The position numbers and the translations under genes are program-made. Below the pieces are notes generated by a model. That model was not told the origin of the DNA, did not search any database, and saw only the letters and a program-made list of their open reading frames with translations. A stretch of 64,000 bases of DNA from positions 3,116,735 through 3,180,734 of the forward strand of contig CM082592.2 of assembly GCA_040954595.2 (NCBI GenBank). Reading direction: 5' to 3'. Shown piece by piece: positions 37,854 through 52,030 of the stretch (position 1 is its first letter; each line of letters starts with the position of its first letter). Origin of the DNA: Balanoglossus misakiensis (taxonomy: Eukaryota; Animalia; Hemichordata).

Positions 37854-39089
37854 AAGTTTATTATACAACACCTCGTATCATATTGCATCGGCACTGAATG
37901 TAGGGGCTATGATTCCTCATAAAATATATGCTTTAATGTCCAATGTTTTTCAGGGGGGGGTTGTTGTTGACAGAACAGCATTGCTATTCCACCAATGTTG
38001 CTCTCCCCAAAATTCCTTACAAGTTTCATTCCCTCCGAATTCAGCTTCCGGCCCAGAGGGTGGTTAATGTATTTTCGCAATTTTGAGGTTTCCATGTTGA
38101 TTCTTATTTTCATGTGGACAAGTTCACATCCTGCCACCACATCACATCTGCACATTTTCAAGTTTACATCCACTGTTGACGGACGCACAAAATCTACTAG
38201 TTCTCTACACATACTCGAACATAAGACACTCTGCTTTAGTCTCCATTCCCATTCCATCTAGCTTGCATTCAAACTAACACTTCCAAATGCATACACATAC
38301 ACAATACAGGTTATTTTTACATGAGTAGCGGTTCATGTATTTTATTGGATGAACTGAAAATTTACCCCGCACCAAAACCCAGAGGTAAAACCCTTTTTTT
38401 CATGATAAGGGAAAAAATTCTCTGGGAAAGCGTAGGTATACAGATTCATCTAGTTTTCAAACGATTGTATATAAATAAATGCCTCTTGAAAATCTAACTT
38501 TCTAATAAACTAATCTGGCATACAAATTTGTAGGTTTAGAGAAAGAAAATATTGAAAGTTTTACCATACACCAAGCAAAATTTTGCATTGGAAGTTTAAG
38601 GTAAAACTAACAAAAATTAACTCTAAATGAATAAAGTGTTCTCAGTATCTCATAACAGATTTGGTGTTTCACTGTTCTACATATAACGTTTTCAATTAAA
38701 AAGTTTTTCAATTAAAAAGTCAATACCTGTAACTAATTTGGTACAGAACATTGTTATCATTGACAAATGCATTCAATTCTTGAATACAAATTGCAACAAT
38801 AACAATGCTCATTATGTACACAAGAAGCCATGCTTCATACACTGGCTAAAATTACTTTAAAAAGTTATCAAATGTAACAGATAATGTATATGAGAATGAT
38901 TCTAATCCAAACTATGTTCTATAAAAATTAGCAAGCGTATATTGGGCTTGAAGAGATCCACTTGAAGGAAACCTCGCAGTTACACCACTTGGAAACCTTC
39001 ATTGTAGATCCAAAATTTCTTTAAACACCCCCAAACATTGAGGGGAAAAGGACAAAGAGATGAATGTTCAAATGTAAAGCAACTGAAAA

Positions 39090-40430
39090 CTGAAAGTGTA
39101 TAAAACACTTTTAATACCAGAATGAAAAGTTTTTTATTGTTCAAAAAAGTGTAAATAACGTGTTGCCCGTAAGCCATGTTGCATAGGCTCGATGCTAGTC
39201 AATTTATGAGCAAATTCATTGCTAATATGCCATCCCCCAATAAAAAACAAAACAATTATGCCTAAATGGCTACTACAAACACATTATTTACGTCTTTATA
39301 AGGAAAATTTTCATTAAAAAAAATCAAAGGACTGTAAACACTCGCATGATGCGTATGCACGCAATAATGTGTAATCTGTACAAAAACAGACAAGGGCATA
39401 CACACATACGTCAAAAAAGTTATATCAAAATAACTGAACGTGTATAAAAAAAAATTAAAAGTAAATACCACAATGAAGTTTTTTTTTTGTTCAAAAAAGT
39501 GTAAATAACGTGTTGCCCGTAAGCCATGTTGCATAGGCTCTATGCTATTCAATTTTATGAGCAATATGCCATCCCCCAATAAAAACAAAACAATTATGCC
39601 TAAATGGCTACTACAAACACATTATTTACAACTTTATAAAGAATATTTTCATCAAAAAAAATGAAAGGACTGTAAACACTCACACAATGCGTATGCACGC
39701 AATAATGTGTAAAATAATCTGCACAAAAACACACAAGGACATACACACATACGTCAAAAAAGTTATATCAAAATAACTGAACGTGTATAAAAAAAAATTA
39801 AAAGTAAATACCACAATGAATTTTTTTTTTTGTTCAAAAAAGTGTAAATAACGTGTTGCCCGTAAGCCATGTTGCATAGGCTCTATGCTATTCAATTTAT
39901 GAGCAAAATTCATTGCTAACATGCCACCCCCCAATAAAAAACAAAACAATTATGCCTAAATGGCTACTACAAACACATTATTTACAACTTTAAAAAGAAA
40001 ATTTTCATCAAAAAAAATCAAAGGACTGTAAACACTCACACAATGCGTATGCACGCAATAATGTGTAAAAAATCTGTACATAAACACACAAGGGCATACA
40101 CACATACGTCAAAATAGTTATATCAAAATAATTGAACGTGTATAAAAAAAATTAAAAGTAAATACCACAATGAAGTTTTTTTTTTTTTTTTTTTCAAAAA
40201 AGTGTAAATAACGTGTTGCCCGTAAGCCATGTTGCATAGGCGCGATGCTATTCAATTTATGAGCAATATGCCATCCCCCAATAAAAACAAAATTGTGCCT
40301 AAATGGCTACTACAAACACATTATTTACGTCTTTATAAAGAATATTTGCATAAAAAAATCAAAGGACTGTAAACACTCACACCATGCATATGCACGCATC
40401 AATTTGTAAAATAATCTGCACAAAACACAA
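39090..40430. repeat. Tandem array of ~350-bp units (~3.8 copies)
   Basis: ttcaaaaaagtgtaaataacgtgttgcccgtaagccatgttgcatagg recurs at ~39140, 39490, 39834 and 40194. Confidence 0.92.
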
Positions 40431-40754
40431 ATGCCTACACACTATAAAAATAAAAGATATACCAGTATATTGTTGAATACTAGTGTAAAAAAAGCGAGCA
40501 ATGAACTGATCCCAGGAAACTATACTGGACTTAAAGGATTTTTTGCAATTGTTTGGAACTTTTTCACCATCAAATCAAGTTATAGTCATGTCATGCATAT
40601 TCTCAAATATATTGCAAATTGAACCCTTCTCATCTGTTATAGCCATTGGGAAAACTTCATTAAAGACGTACCCTAAAAATTTAAGGAAAAAGGACTCAGA
40701 CACAGATTAAAATAAACTGAAAACTGAATGTGTATAAAATATAGAAAACATGTT

Positions 40755-40825
40755 TTAAACATACAGACGCCCCGGATCTATAAGGTCCCATGGTATATAT
40801 AAATATACCAAATGGGACCTTAAAA
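40755..40825 (+). mobile_element. Helentron/HINE-like 3' terminus (short microsatellite, stem-loop, A-run)
   Basis: acatacagac...aggtcccatggtata-tataaa-tataccaaatgggacct-taaaa forms a terminal hairpin, resembling non-autonomous Helentron ends. The classification is inference. Confidence 0.45.
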
Positions 40826-41258
40826 GTAAAGGCCACAATGTCATATTTTTATTGTATTAAATGTAATAAAAAAATTTAAAATGCAAGCTGGTACACATAC
40901 ACACATACATATTCTTTATTTATAACATGGGAAAGAACATTCAAGAAAGTGACGGATGCGCGCGCAAACACATAATTTGCTTGAAGAGGGACTGCAATCT
41001 CGTGACTTCTTCTGCAAGGGTTGTTGGACCAGCTTCTTCAGATAACCAAAAACCATCCAGACATGCAAAGAAGCATGAAAATCAGAAAGTCCACTGCAGG
41101 TAGCGACAGGTGCGCGTCCAAAGACAAACATGATTTGAAGAGGGACTGCGATCTTGTGACTTCTTCTGCAAGGGTTGTTGGACCAGCTTCGTCAGATAAC
41201 CAAAAACAATCCAGACACGCAACGCAAAGAATCATGAAAATTCAAATATGAATTCAAA

Positions 41259-44200
41259 GATACAACCATGGCAATCACAAATGCCAAAATACAACCAGAA
41301 AGTAATCCCCAGATACAACCATGGCAACCACAAATGCCAAAATACAACCAGGGACTAATCCCCGGATACAACCATGGCAACCACAAATGGCAAAATACAA
41401 CCAGGGACTAATCCCCGGATACAACCATGGCAAACAACCAGAGACTAATCCCTGGATACAACCGTGGCAACCACAAATGCCAAAATAAAACCAGAGACCA
41501 ATCTCCGGATACAACCGTGGCAACCACAAATGCCAAAATAAAACCAGAGACCAATCCCCGGATACAACCGTGGCAACCACAAATGCCAAAATAAAACCAG
41601 AGACCAATCCCCGGATACAACCGTGGCAACCACAAATGCCAAAATAAAACCAGGGACCAATCCCCGGATACAACCGTGGCAACCACAAATGCCAAAATAA
41701 AACCAGAGACCAATCCGCGGATACAACCGTGGCAACCACAAATGCCAAAATACAACCAGGGACCAATCCCCGGATACACTGTGGCAACCACAAATGCCAA
41801 AATACAACCAGGGACCAATCCCCGGATACAACCGTGGCAACCACAAATGCCAAAATACAACCAGGGACCAATCCCCGGATACAACCGTGGCAACCACAAA
41901 TGCCAAAATACAACCAGGGACCAATCCCCGGATACACTGTGGCAACCACAAATGCCAAAATAAAACCAGAGACCAATCCCCGGATACAACCGTGGCAACC
42001 ACAAATGCCAAAATACAACCAGGGACCAATCCCCGGATACAACCGTGGCAACCACAAATGCCAAAATACAACCAGGGACCAATCCCCGGATACACTGTGG
42101 CAACCACAAATGCCAAAATACAACCAGGGACCAATCCCCGGATACAACCGTGGCAACCACAAATGCCAAAATACAACCAGGGACCAATCCCCGGATACAA
42201 CCGTGGCAACCACAAATGCCAAAATACAACCAGGGACCAATCCCCGGATACACTGTGGCAACCACAAATGCCAAAATACAACCAGGGACTAATCCCCGGA
42301 TACAACCGTGGCAACCACAAATGCCAAAATACAACCAGGGACTAATCCCCGGATACAACCGTGGCAACCACAAATGCCAAAATACAACCAGGGACCAATC
42401 CCCGGATACAACCGTGGCAACCACAAATGCCAAAATACAACCAGGGACCAATCCCCGGATACACTGTGGCAACCACAAATGCCAAAATACAACCAGGGAC
42501 TAATCCCCGGATACAACCGTGGCAACCACAAATGCCAAAATACAACCAGGGACTAATCCCCGGATACAACCGTGGCAACCACAAATGCCAAAATACAACC
42601 AGGGACCAATCCCCGGATACAACCGTGGCAACCACAAATGCCAAAATACAACCAGGGACCAATCCCCGGATACAACCGTGGCAACCACAAATGCCAAAAT
42701 ACAACCAGGGACCAATCCCCGGATACAACCGTGGCAACCACAAATGCCAAAATACAACCAGGGACCAATCCCCGGATACAACCGTGGCAACCACAAATGC
42801 CAAAATACAACCAGGGACCAATCCCCGGATACAACCGTGGCAACCACAAATGCCAAAATACAACCAGGGACCAATCCCCGGATACAACCGTGGCAACCAC
42901 AAATGCCAAAATACAACCAGGGACCAATCCCCGGATACAACCGTGGCAACCACAAATGCCAAAATACAACCAGGGACCAATCCCCGGATACAACCGTGGC
43001 AACCACAAATGCCAAAATACAACCAGGGATCAATCCCCGGATACAACCGTGGCAACCACAAATGCCAAAATACAACCAGGGACCAATCCCCGGATACAAC
43101 CGTGGCAACCACAAATGCCAAAATACAACCAGGGACCAATCCCCGGATACAACCGTGGCAACCACAAATGCCAAAATACAACCAGGGACCAATCCCCGGA
43201 TACAACCGTGGCAACCACAAATGCCAAAATACAACCAGGGACCAATCCCCGGATACAACCGTGGCAACCACAAATGCCAAAATACAACCAGAAAGATCCC
43301 CAGATACAACCATGGCAACCACAAATGCCAAAATACAACCAGAAAGTAATCCCCAGATACAACCATGGCAACCACAAATGCCAAAATACAACCAGGGACC
43401 AATCCCCGGATACAACCGTGGCAACCACAAATGCCAAAATACAACCAGGGACTAATCCCCGGATACAACCGTGGCAACCACAAATGCCAAAATACAACCA
43501 GAGACTAATCCCCCGATACAACCGTGGCAACCACAAATGCCAAAATACAACCAGAGACTAATCCCCGGATACAACCGTGGCAACCACGAATGCCAAAATA
43601 CAACCAGAGACTAATCCCCGGATACAACCATGGCAACCACAAATGCCAAAATACAACCACAAATGCCAAAATACAAGCAGGGACTAATCCCCGGATACAA
43701 CCGTGGCAACCACAAATGCCAAAATACAACCAGGGACTAATCCCCGGATATAACCGTGGCAACCACAAATGCCAAAATACAACCAGAGACTAATCCCCGG
43801 ATACAACCATGGCAACCACAAATGCCAAAATACAACCAGAGACTAAACCCCGGATACAACCATGGCAACCACAAATGCCAAAATACAACCAGGGACCAAT
43901 CCCCGGATACAACCATGGCAACCACAAATGCCAAAATACAACCAGGGACCAATCCCCGGATACAACCATGGCAACCACAAATGCCAAAATACAACCAGAG
44001 ACTAATCCCCGGATACAACCATGGCAACCACAAATGCCAAAATACAACCAGGGACCAATCCCCGGATACAACCGTGGCAACCACAAATGCCAAAATACAA
44101 CCAGAGACTAATCCCCGGATACAACCGTGGCAACCACAAATGCCAAAATACAACCAGAGACTAATCCCCGGATACAACCGTGGCAACCACAAATGCCAAA

Positions 44201-44460
44201 ATACAACCAGGGACTAATCCCCGGATACAACCGTGGCAACCACAAATGCCAAAATACAACCAGAGACCAATCCCCGGATACAACCGTGGCAACCACAAAT
44301 GCCAAAATACAACCAGGGACCAATCCCCAGATACAACCATGGCAACCACAAATGCCAAAATACAACCAGGGACCAATCCCCGGATACAACCATGGCAACC
44401 ACAAATGCCAAAATACAACCAGAGACTAATCACCAGATACAACCACGGCAACCACAAATG
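41259..44460. repeat. 53-bp minisatellite, ~60 copies, with a 158-bp higher-order subrepeat
   Basis: Unit gatacaaccgtggcaaccacaaatgccaaaatacaaccagggaccaatccccg. A 52-bp variant (gatacactgtgg) occurs at 41773, 41931, 42089, 42247 and 42458. Confidence 0.97.
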
Positions 44461-44707
44461 TTAAAATACAAACAGAGAGTACTCCCTCAGAAACCACAAA
44501 TTGGTGAAAATTCAAATATGAATTCAAAAATATCACCATTGGCAATCATAAATGCCAGAATGCAACCACTGAATACCCTCCGCCCCCCCTGAAAATGTTG
44601 AAAATTCAAACATGAATTCAAATATACAACCATGGCAATCACAGAAATATACAAACATACATACATAGATGTACATTGTACCTACATTCCCAGGTACATA
44701 CACATAT

Positions 44708-44782
44708 AATGAATGAATGAATGAATGAATGAATGAATGAATGAATGAATGAATGAATGAATGAATGAATGAATGAATGAAT
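44708..44782. repeat. (GAAT)n microsatellite
   Basis: Seen directly. Confidence 0.95.
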
Positions 44783-44829
44783 GGAAAATCAAAGGCACAA
44801 GCAGGCTTGTTGGGGCCCAAGCACTATTG

Positions 44830-45720
44830 GTTGGTCAGGAATTAGGTATGCACATAATTAATATGTAGGAGCATGAGACTCCATCAGACTCCATCAGGTG
44901 TTTTAAACCACAAAACAACAAGGCTATGCTGAGATAGGGCAAAGTAGGTGAAGGGTCACCCCAAGGTCACCAAAATTTAACAAAAGCTGTTGGTCCTTTA
45001 TTGTTCCATGTCCAACAAAAACAAAACGTCTAGCCCTATTGGCTAGCCTTGAATTAGGTATGCACGTAATTAATGAGTTAAAGTGTAAGACTCAATTAGG
45101 TGTTCCATCCCCAAAATGCTAAGGCTGTATCTGCTCTGGATACAGAGATATGAGAAGTAACTCAATGGTCACCTCAGGTCACCCAAAAACCAGACTTATA
45201 AGCTCAATTGATTAGCCTAGAATCAGGTATGCACATAATTAATATCGTTGACATATGTGAACGGGGTCAAGACATTTGGCAACGTTTCATCCCGTAGTAG
45301 AACATATTCATAAAAAATGGACATCTGGCTCTATTGGCAAGCCTAGACTAAGATATGCGCATATTTAACGAGGTCAGCGCAGGTCAAGGGGGTCCTGGAA
45401 ATTACCAAAATACTTTAATACCCATAAAGGTCGATTGCATCAAAAAACCATCCTGTAGCCCTATAGGTTAGCTTGGAATTAGATATGCAGAAAAATGTTG
45501 TGTCAAAAGCAGGTCAAAGGTCATTGCCAAACTTTGAAGGGGAGAGGACATGTGTACCATGCACCAAATTTGAAGTTCATTGGCCGTGTAGATTGAGATT
45601 TTCAGAAATCCAATATGGCTGCCAGGTCATGTGATTAATTAAAAATTCCACGGTTCGGTGCACTTTGACAAAATTCCCTTTGGTATCGAAAAACTCCTAT
45701 GAGTGCCAACTTTGTACTGC
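44830..45720. repeat. Degenerate ~180-200 bp tandem units, possibly Helentron-associated
   Basis: Recurring ctattggc/ttagcct.gaattaggtatgcac.taattaat motif at ~44825, 45035, 45210, 45330 and 45460. Confidence 0.55.
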
Positions 45721-47039
45721 TATAAAAATCACTTTCAAAATGAACTATACTAGTAAATCATTCATATATCAAGTACAATAATGAACAATGACAATTCAAG
45801 TTTAGAGAGAGAGAGAGCGCTCGAGTAATATGCTAAGGTGGTTTATTTTGTTCATTGTCAAGTTTGCTTTCTAAACATCTGATTCACGCAAGTTTTGTAA
45901 AAAACAGAAATAATGCTGTAATTCCTTTTTATATTGTTTACCATTCAGCTTATCTTAACTTTGCTTTTTTTTATACGCAAGTGCAGTTATTCGCTTGAAG
46001 GCTAAATGGTAAACACCTGAAGGCTGCTGTATCCAGTGCGATTAGTGTTAATTTACGTACTGTGCTGCTTGTTACGTGCAATGCTTATTGTGCCTATATA
46101 GGACCCAACAGCCTTCGGGTTATGTTGACCAAATCAGAGTGGTATACATGAAGGACTGTAATAAACCAATGGGGTGGGATTTATTTGAAAATATTCTATT
46201 CCATTGGCAAACTTGAAACAGTGTTGGCACACTGATATGTACACATTGCAATGTAAGTTTAATTTTCTCGGGTTCCTCTCTCTCTCTGTGACACAATTAC
46301 AAAAAAATGGAATTGGCTCATAATCACTGAGGTAGGGAATGATCAATGTTCAATTGCAACCCATGGGGAAAAGTTCTGTTCTTGAAATGACGATGAAATC
46401 ACACAAAGTTGGTTCATGTCAGTGTAAAGAAAGTCATCTTGTCCAAGGAAACGTGTCTGCATCTGATGTACTGGCTTTTGAATCCATCCATGTATCCTCT
46501 TCTTTCCTGTAAACAGAAAGCACATTACACTCACCTTGAATATTGATTTACCAAAGCAAGAAAGAGACATTTAACCTCCATACAGAAACAAACATGTGCT
46601 CCTGTCCATCACTGACCATGGGATAAGGAGTATAGCAGCTAAATTTGGGAAGTAGGCGACGGGCTGTATTTAGCTCGAGCTACCACAAGGCCAGGTGTGC
46701 ATGTCGGGGGGAGGGGGGGGGTAGGGGGGAGAGTGTCAGGGGTAGGTGGTAGAGAAGGGCCAACATAGGCAAAATTAATGTGGTTTTCCTTCAGACTTCT
46801 GCCTATACTAAAGCCATCTGCAGCTAGACATACTGCATGATCTCAGAATGTACGACGTACTTTATTGGATGGCTCTTTTAATATTTAATATTGCTCCATT
46901 TAATATTAATAGGAGAAAAGTGTGTGTGTATGGGGGGGGGGGGGGGAGAAATGTACGTTTAATATTTCATCCATCCTTCCTTGTACATACGTACATACAT
47001 GATGTTCCTCCCCCGGTTTCGAGGATGAGCTTGACTCCA

Positions 47040-47735
47040 TATCAGATCTATGATCAGTTTTTGTGGGTCTGAAGATGACTGATGAGGTTGATCCAGGCCC
47101 ACACATGGGACAGGTGTGGGTGGGTGCTACGTTGCAAGTGCTGACAGCTCGAGTTTTACACGCTTCACGTTTCTGCTGCGCTTCCATCGTGAGTTGCTTC
47201 TCTGCTGCACGGGCGCCTGTGGAGACTTTGCTTCGCCAAGTTGAGCGGTTGGTAGCAAACTTCTCCCAAGTGCTGACGTTGATATTCATGTCCTTGAGGG
47301 GCGCTTTGAGACTGTCCTTGAAGTGTTTCTTCTGTCCCCCAATTGAGCGCTTGCCTTTGCAAAGTTCTCTCTGTACTGTAGCTGTTTTGGCAGTCGACTG
47401 TCCGCCATTCTGACAACATGTCCGGCCCATCTGACGTGTGCTTTCTGTAGAAGGGTGTGGATGCTGGGGGTCCTGGCCTGTTCCAGGACTTCCATGTCAG
47501 GGATTTTGTCCTGCCACTTGATGTGCAAGAGTCTGCGAAGGCAGCTCAAGTGAAAACAGTTGAGCTGTTTGGCATGTCTGCTGTAGACGGTCCAGGTCTC
47601 ACAGGCGTAGAGGAGGGTGGTAAGCACCACTGCTTGATGGTCAATCTGAGTCCGCTCTGCTCCCAAACATTCTCACGGAGTCTACCAAAAGCGGAGCTGG
47701 CCTTGGCAATCCTCTTGAAAGTGTGCTGCCCAGAT
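47040..47735 (-). mobile_element. RTE-clade LINE 3' remnant (frameshifted)
   Basis: RIAKASSAFGRLRENVW / VVLTTLLYACETWTVYSRHAKQLNCFHLSCLRRLLHIKWQDKIPDMEVL...RWAGHVVRMADSRLPKQL / GKRSIGGQKKHFKDSLK...HTCPMCG, spread over three frames. This is the typical RTE ORF C-terminus. Confidence 0.9.
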
Positions 47736-47956
47736 AGGTGAAGCTGAAAGTTGAAAAGTTGAAAGTTGTTGTTGTGAAAATACAACATTTGTTGCGTCAA
47801 ATGTTGCAAAAGATGGCTGCCTGGTTGCCATTCTGATCAAACTGCAAAAACAATTGATGTGCGTATTGTCTATGTACCAAGTTTTAATGAAATTGAAGTC
47901 AAGTCATATCAGAATTATGTATTATACGCCCTCTATTGCTGTTTGCAGTTTAAATT

Positions 47957-50900
47957 GTTACCTTTGAAATCTGCTTGCTCTACAGGCATCTACAGATCTA
48001 ATGGTATTTGTAGGTTGGCTGATGTTGATCAGTAGGGAGAAACTGCTATCTGCAAACAATGAAAAATAGACCAATATCTAATTTTTGTGTCAAAAAGCAT
48101 AAATTTAAATGGTAAAGTGTAGCAGGAAGATCACCTGTCTTCATGGACAATACATTCAAAATGAGTAATTTAATTCTACATCATATGCTGTCAACCATGG
48201 AGTCTAACAAGTCTTTAGAAGAATAAAATTTATCTTATGTTACCCTTGGAAACTCACTGGTCTGCTTTACAGGCATGTATACCGGTACACATTCAGTTTG
48301 GCAGGTGTTGGATCATCAGTGAGAAACCATTATCTGCAAAAATGGAAAATATGACAATAAGTATTTTTGTGTCAAACAGGATGACTGTAATATGCGTGGG
48401 ACAGAAGATCACCTGGATAAATCGTACACTGCCATCCAAAATGAGCAATTAAATTCTCTGCTGTCATCCATGGAGTCTACCAAATCTTAAGAAAAAGAAA
48501 TGTCTTACATTACCCTTGGAAACTACTGCTCTGCTATACAGGCATGCACACACGTCTGGTTTGGCAGATGTTGATCACCAGAGAAACCATTATCTGCAAA
48601 AATAAAAAAAATATTACATTTGTAGTATGACAATAAGTAATTTTATGTCAAACAGCATGACAGTAAAACGTATCAGACAGATGATCTCCCAGATGGACAA
48701 TCTAATAAGTTGTACACTGCCATCCAAAATGAGCGATTAAATTCTATGTAATCCATGGGGTCTACCAAATCTTTAGAAGAAAAAGAATTGTCTTAGTACG
48801 TTACCCTTGGAAACTACTGGTCTGCTTTAGAGGCACGCATACACATCCAGTTTGGCAGGTGTTGATCATCAGCTAGAAACCCCTTCCTGCAAAAATGGAA
48901 AATATGACAATAATTAATTTTATGTCACACGGCACAATGGTAAAATGTATCTATGGACAGAGATGATCTCCTGTCTTCAGGGACAATATAATAAGTCGTA
49001 CATTGCCATCCAAATGAGCGAGTAAATTCTATGTAATCCATGGGGTCTACCAAAACTTAAGAAGAAAAAGAATTGTCTTACGTTACCCTTGGAAACTACT
49101 GGTCTGCTTTAGAGGCATGCATACACATCCACTTGGCAGGTGTTGATCATCAGCTAGATGCAAAAATGGAAAATATGACAATAAGTAATTTTATGTCACA
49201 TGGCACAATGGTAAAATGTATCTATGGACAGAGATGATCTCCTGTCTTCAGGGACAATACATTCAAAATGAGTAATTAAATTCTACATCATATGCTGACA
49301 ACCATGGAGTCTAACAATTAAGTCTTTAGAAGAATAAGATTTATCTTATGTTACCCTTGGAAACTACTGGTCTGCTTTAGAGGCATGCATACACATCCAG
49401 TTTGGCAGGTGTTGATCATCAGCTAGATGCAAAAATGGAAAATATGACAATAAGTATTTTTGTGTCAAACAACATGACAGTAAAATGTATCAGACAGATG
49501 ATCTCCCAGATGGACAATATAATAAGTCGTACACTGCCATCCAAAATGAGCAATTAAATTCTCTGCTGTCATCCATGGAGTCTACCAAATCTTAAGAAAA
49601 AGAAATGTCTTACATTACCCTTGGAAACTACTGCTCTGCTATACAGGCATGCACACACGTCTGGTTTGGCAGATGTTGATCACCAGAGAAACCATTATCT
49701 GCAAAAATAAAAAAAATATTACATTTGTAGTATGACAATAAGTAATTTTATGTCAAACAGCATGACAGTAAAATGTATCAGACAGATGATCTCCCAGATG
49801 GACAATCTAATAAGTTGTACACTGCCATCCAAAATGAGGGATTAAATTCTATGTAATCCATGGGGTCTACCAAATCTTTAGAAGAAAAAGAATTGTCTTA
49901 GTACGTTACCCTTGGAAACTACTGGTCTGCTTTAGAGGCACGCATACACATCCAGTTTGGCAGGTGTTGATCATCAGCTAGAAACCCCTTCCTGTAAAAA
50001 TGGAAAATATGACAATAATTAATTTTATGTCACACGGCACAATGGTAAAATGTATCTATGGACAGAGATGATCTCCTGTCTTCAGTGACAATATAATAAG
50101 TCGTACACTGCCATCCAAATGAGCGATAAATTCAGTGCTGTCATGTATGGGGTCTACCTAAAACTTAAGAAGAAAAAGAATTGTCCTACGTTACCCTTGG
50201 AAACTACTGGTCTGCTTTACAGGCATGCATACACATCCAGTTTGGCAGGTGTTGATCACCAGAGAGAAACCATTATCTGCAAACATGAAAAATACTAGTA
50301 TGACAATTAGTATTTTTGTGTCAAACAGCATGACAGTAAAATGTATGGGACAGAAGATCTCCTGGATGGACCATACAATAAGTCGTACACTGCCATCCCA
50401 AATGAGCAATTAAATTCTTTATTGCATATGTACCACAGTATTCCAAGCGGGCCGTGCAATAATAATTCTGGTATTTTTGCGAGCTCATATGCAAATGAGC
50501 ATCCAGAAGAATAAGATCCCCCCATTTCCCCTTCAATCGATCGTATCTTTCAAAGTTTAACCCTCGTTCTGTTACACAATCACTTGGAGTTCATATAAAC
50601 CTCCGGAGGATATAACAAAAGTTTTATTTCAGTCGCAAAAAAGCCGATTGTTGTTTTAGTTGTGCGCGTGACAAAGTGGTATTTTTCACAACCCATATGC
50701 AAATGAGTAAAAACAAGCCGGACTACGTTTTGTTTGTAAACATTGAACGCCGTCAGCAGAGCTGGAGTATGATCGCCGAAACGTGGGGAATTTTCAACAT
50801 TCGGAGACGCCATTGTCTTATCCTTCCCAAATTTTGTCAGAATAACAAAACATTAATTGGCAGTATGTTTGGGAACCTCGGAAAATCCCTCGCTATCGCC

Positions 50901-52030
50901 AGTTTCTCAAATATTGCCAATGCTATCTTGCGACCTGAGCTAAACCACCGATGAAATGAGCCAACATGATCGCCGAAACATGCGGATTTTTCAACATTCT
51001 GGCACGTTCTTTTATTATCCTTCCCAACTATCGTCAGAATAACAGAACATTTAGTTGTCAGTGTGTTTTGGAACCTCGAAAATTACGGAAATTTCTCGCT
51101 ATCGCCAGTGTTTCGAAATTTATCGCTGCGATCTCACGACCTCTGGTAACCCACTGATGGAATGACCCCACATGACCCTTCTTTGCATAACAAAGGTTGC
51201 GTCATTTTGGCCAATGAGCGGCCTTCTCTGGGTTGCATAGCCTTTGGCGCATCACTGTAATGAAAATCAATACGCCACGATCGAAACTTTGATTTTCGTC
51301 AAATCTGGGGAAACATATGCAATAATAACAGAACTTCATGACCTCTGCGCGCGATCTGTGCAATATGGATGTTATTTTCACTCGTGAGAAGGTGTATTCT
51401 TCTGCATTTTTACTCGCTGTCGCTCGTAAAAATACTCGGAAGAATACACCTTCTCACTCATGAAAATAAAATCCATATTGCACAGATCGCGCGCAGAGGT
51501 CATGAAGTTCTGTCATAATATGTTGTCATCTATGGGGTCTACCACATCATGAGTTTTACGTTATGTTACCTTTGAATCAGCTGGGCAGCTATACAGGAAT
51601 GCACACAGATCTAGTTTGGCACATGTTGATCATCAGAGAGTTAACAGCTGTTATCTGCAAACAAATGAAAAATATGCCAATAGTCAAATGTATCAATAGA
51701 CAAAGAGGATCTCCTGTACATGTCTTCATGGACAATACAATATGTCAGACACTAGTACTGCCATCCAAACTCCTCCATGGCGTGTACTGAATTTTGAGAA
51801 GACTGTATTACCTTTGAACTCCACTTGGCTGCTTAAAGGCATGCATGCATATAGATCTAAAGTTGGCAAATGTTGATCATCAGTGAAACTGCTATCTGCA
51901 CAAAATGAAAAAAAGACCGATACATATTATCTGCAAAAATGAAAAATATGCCCATAAGTATTTTTCTGTCAAACACAATGACAGAGAAACGTCTCTATGG
52001 ACAGATGGTCTCCTGTCTTCATGAACAATA
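47957..52030. repeat. ~280-bp satellite array with ~1.1 kb (4-unit) higher-order duplication, interrupted by an insertion
   Basis: ttacccttggaaact recurs at ~48240, 48510, 48801, 49083, 49351, 49614, 49906 and 50191, with degenerate units at ~47957, 51565 and 51807. Units n and n+4 are the most alike. Confidence 0.92.
50419..51515. mobile_element. ~1.1 kb insertion with 13-bp inverted repeats and a 186-bp terminal palindrome
   Basis: Interrupts one satellite unit. ttattgcatatgt (50419) pairs with acatatgcaataa (51313), followed by a long hairpin at 51328-51513. Confidence 0.75.

Noticed and set aside
41275-44592. Many long overlapping ORFs (up to 364 aa) on both strands, or a CRISPR-like array
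   Set aside because: They arise from a stop-poor 53-bp tandem unit read through rotating frames. There are no unique spacers, no cas genes, and the context is eukaryotic.
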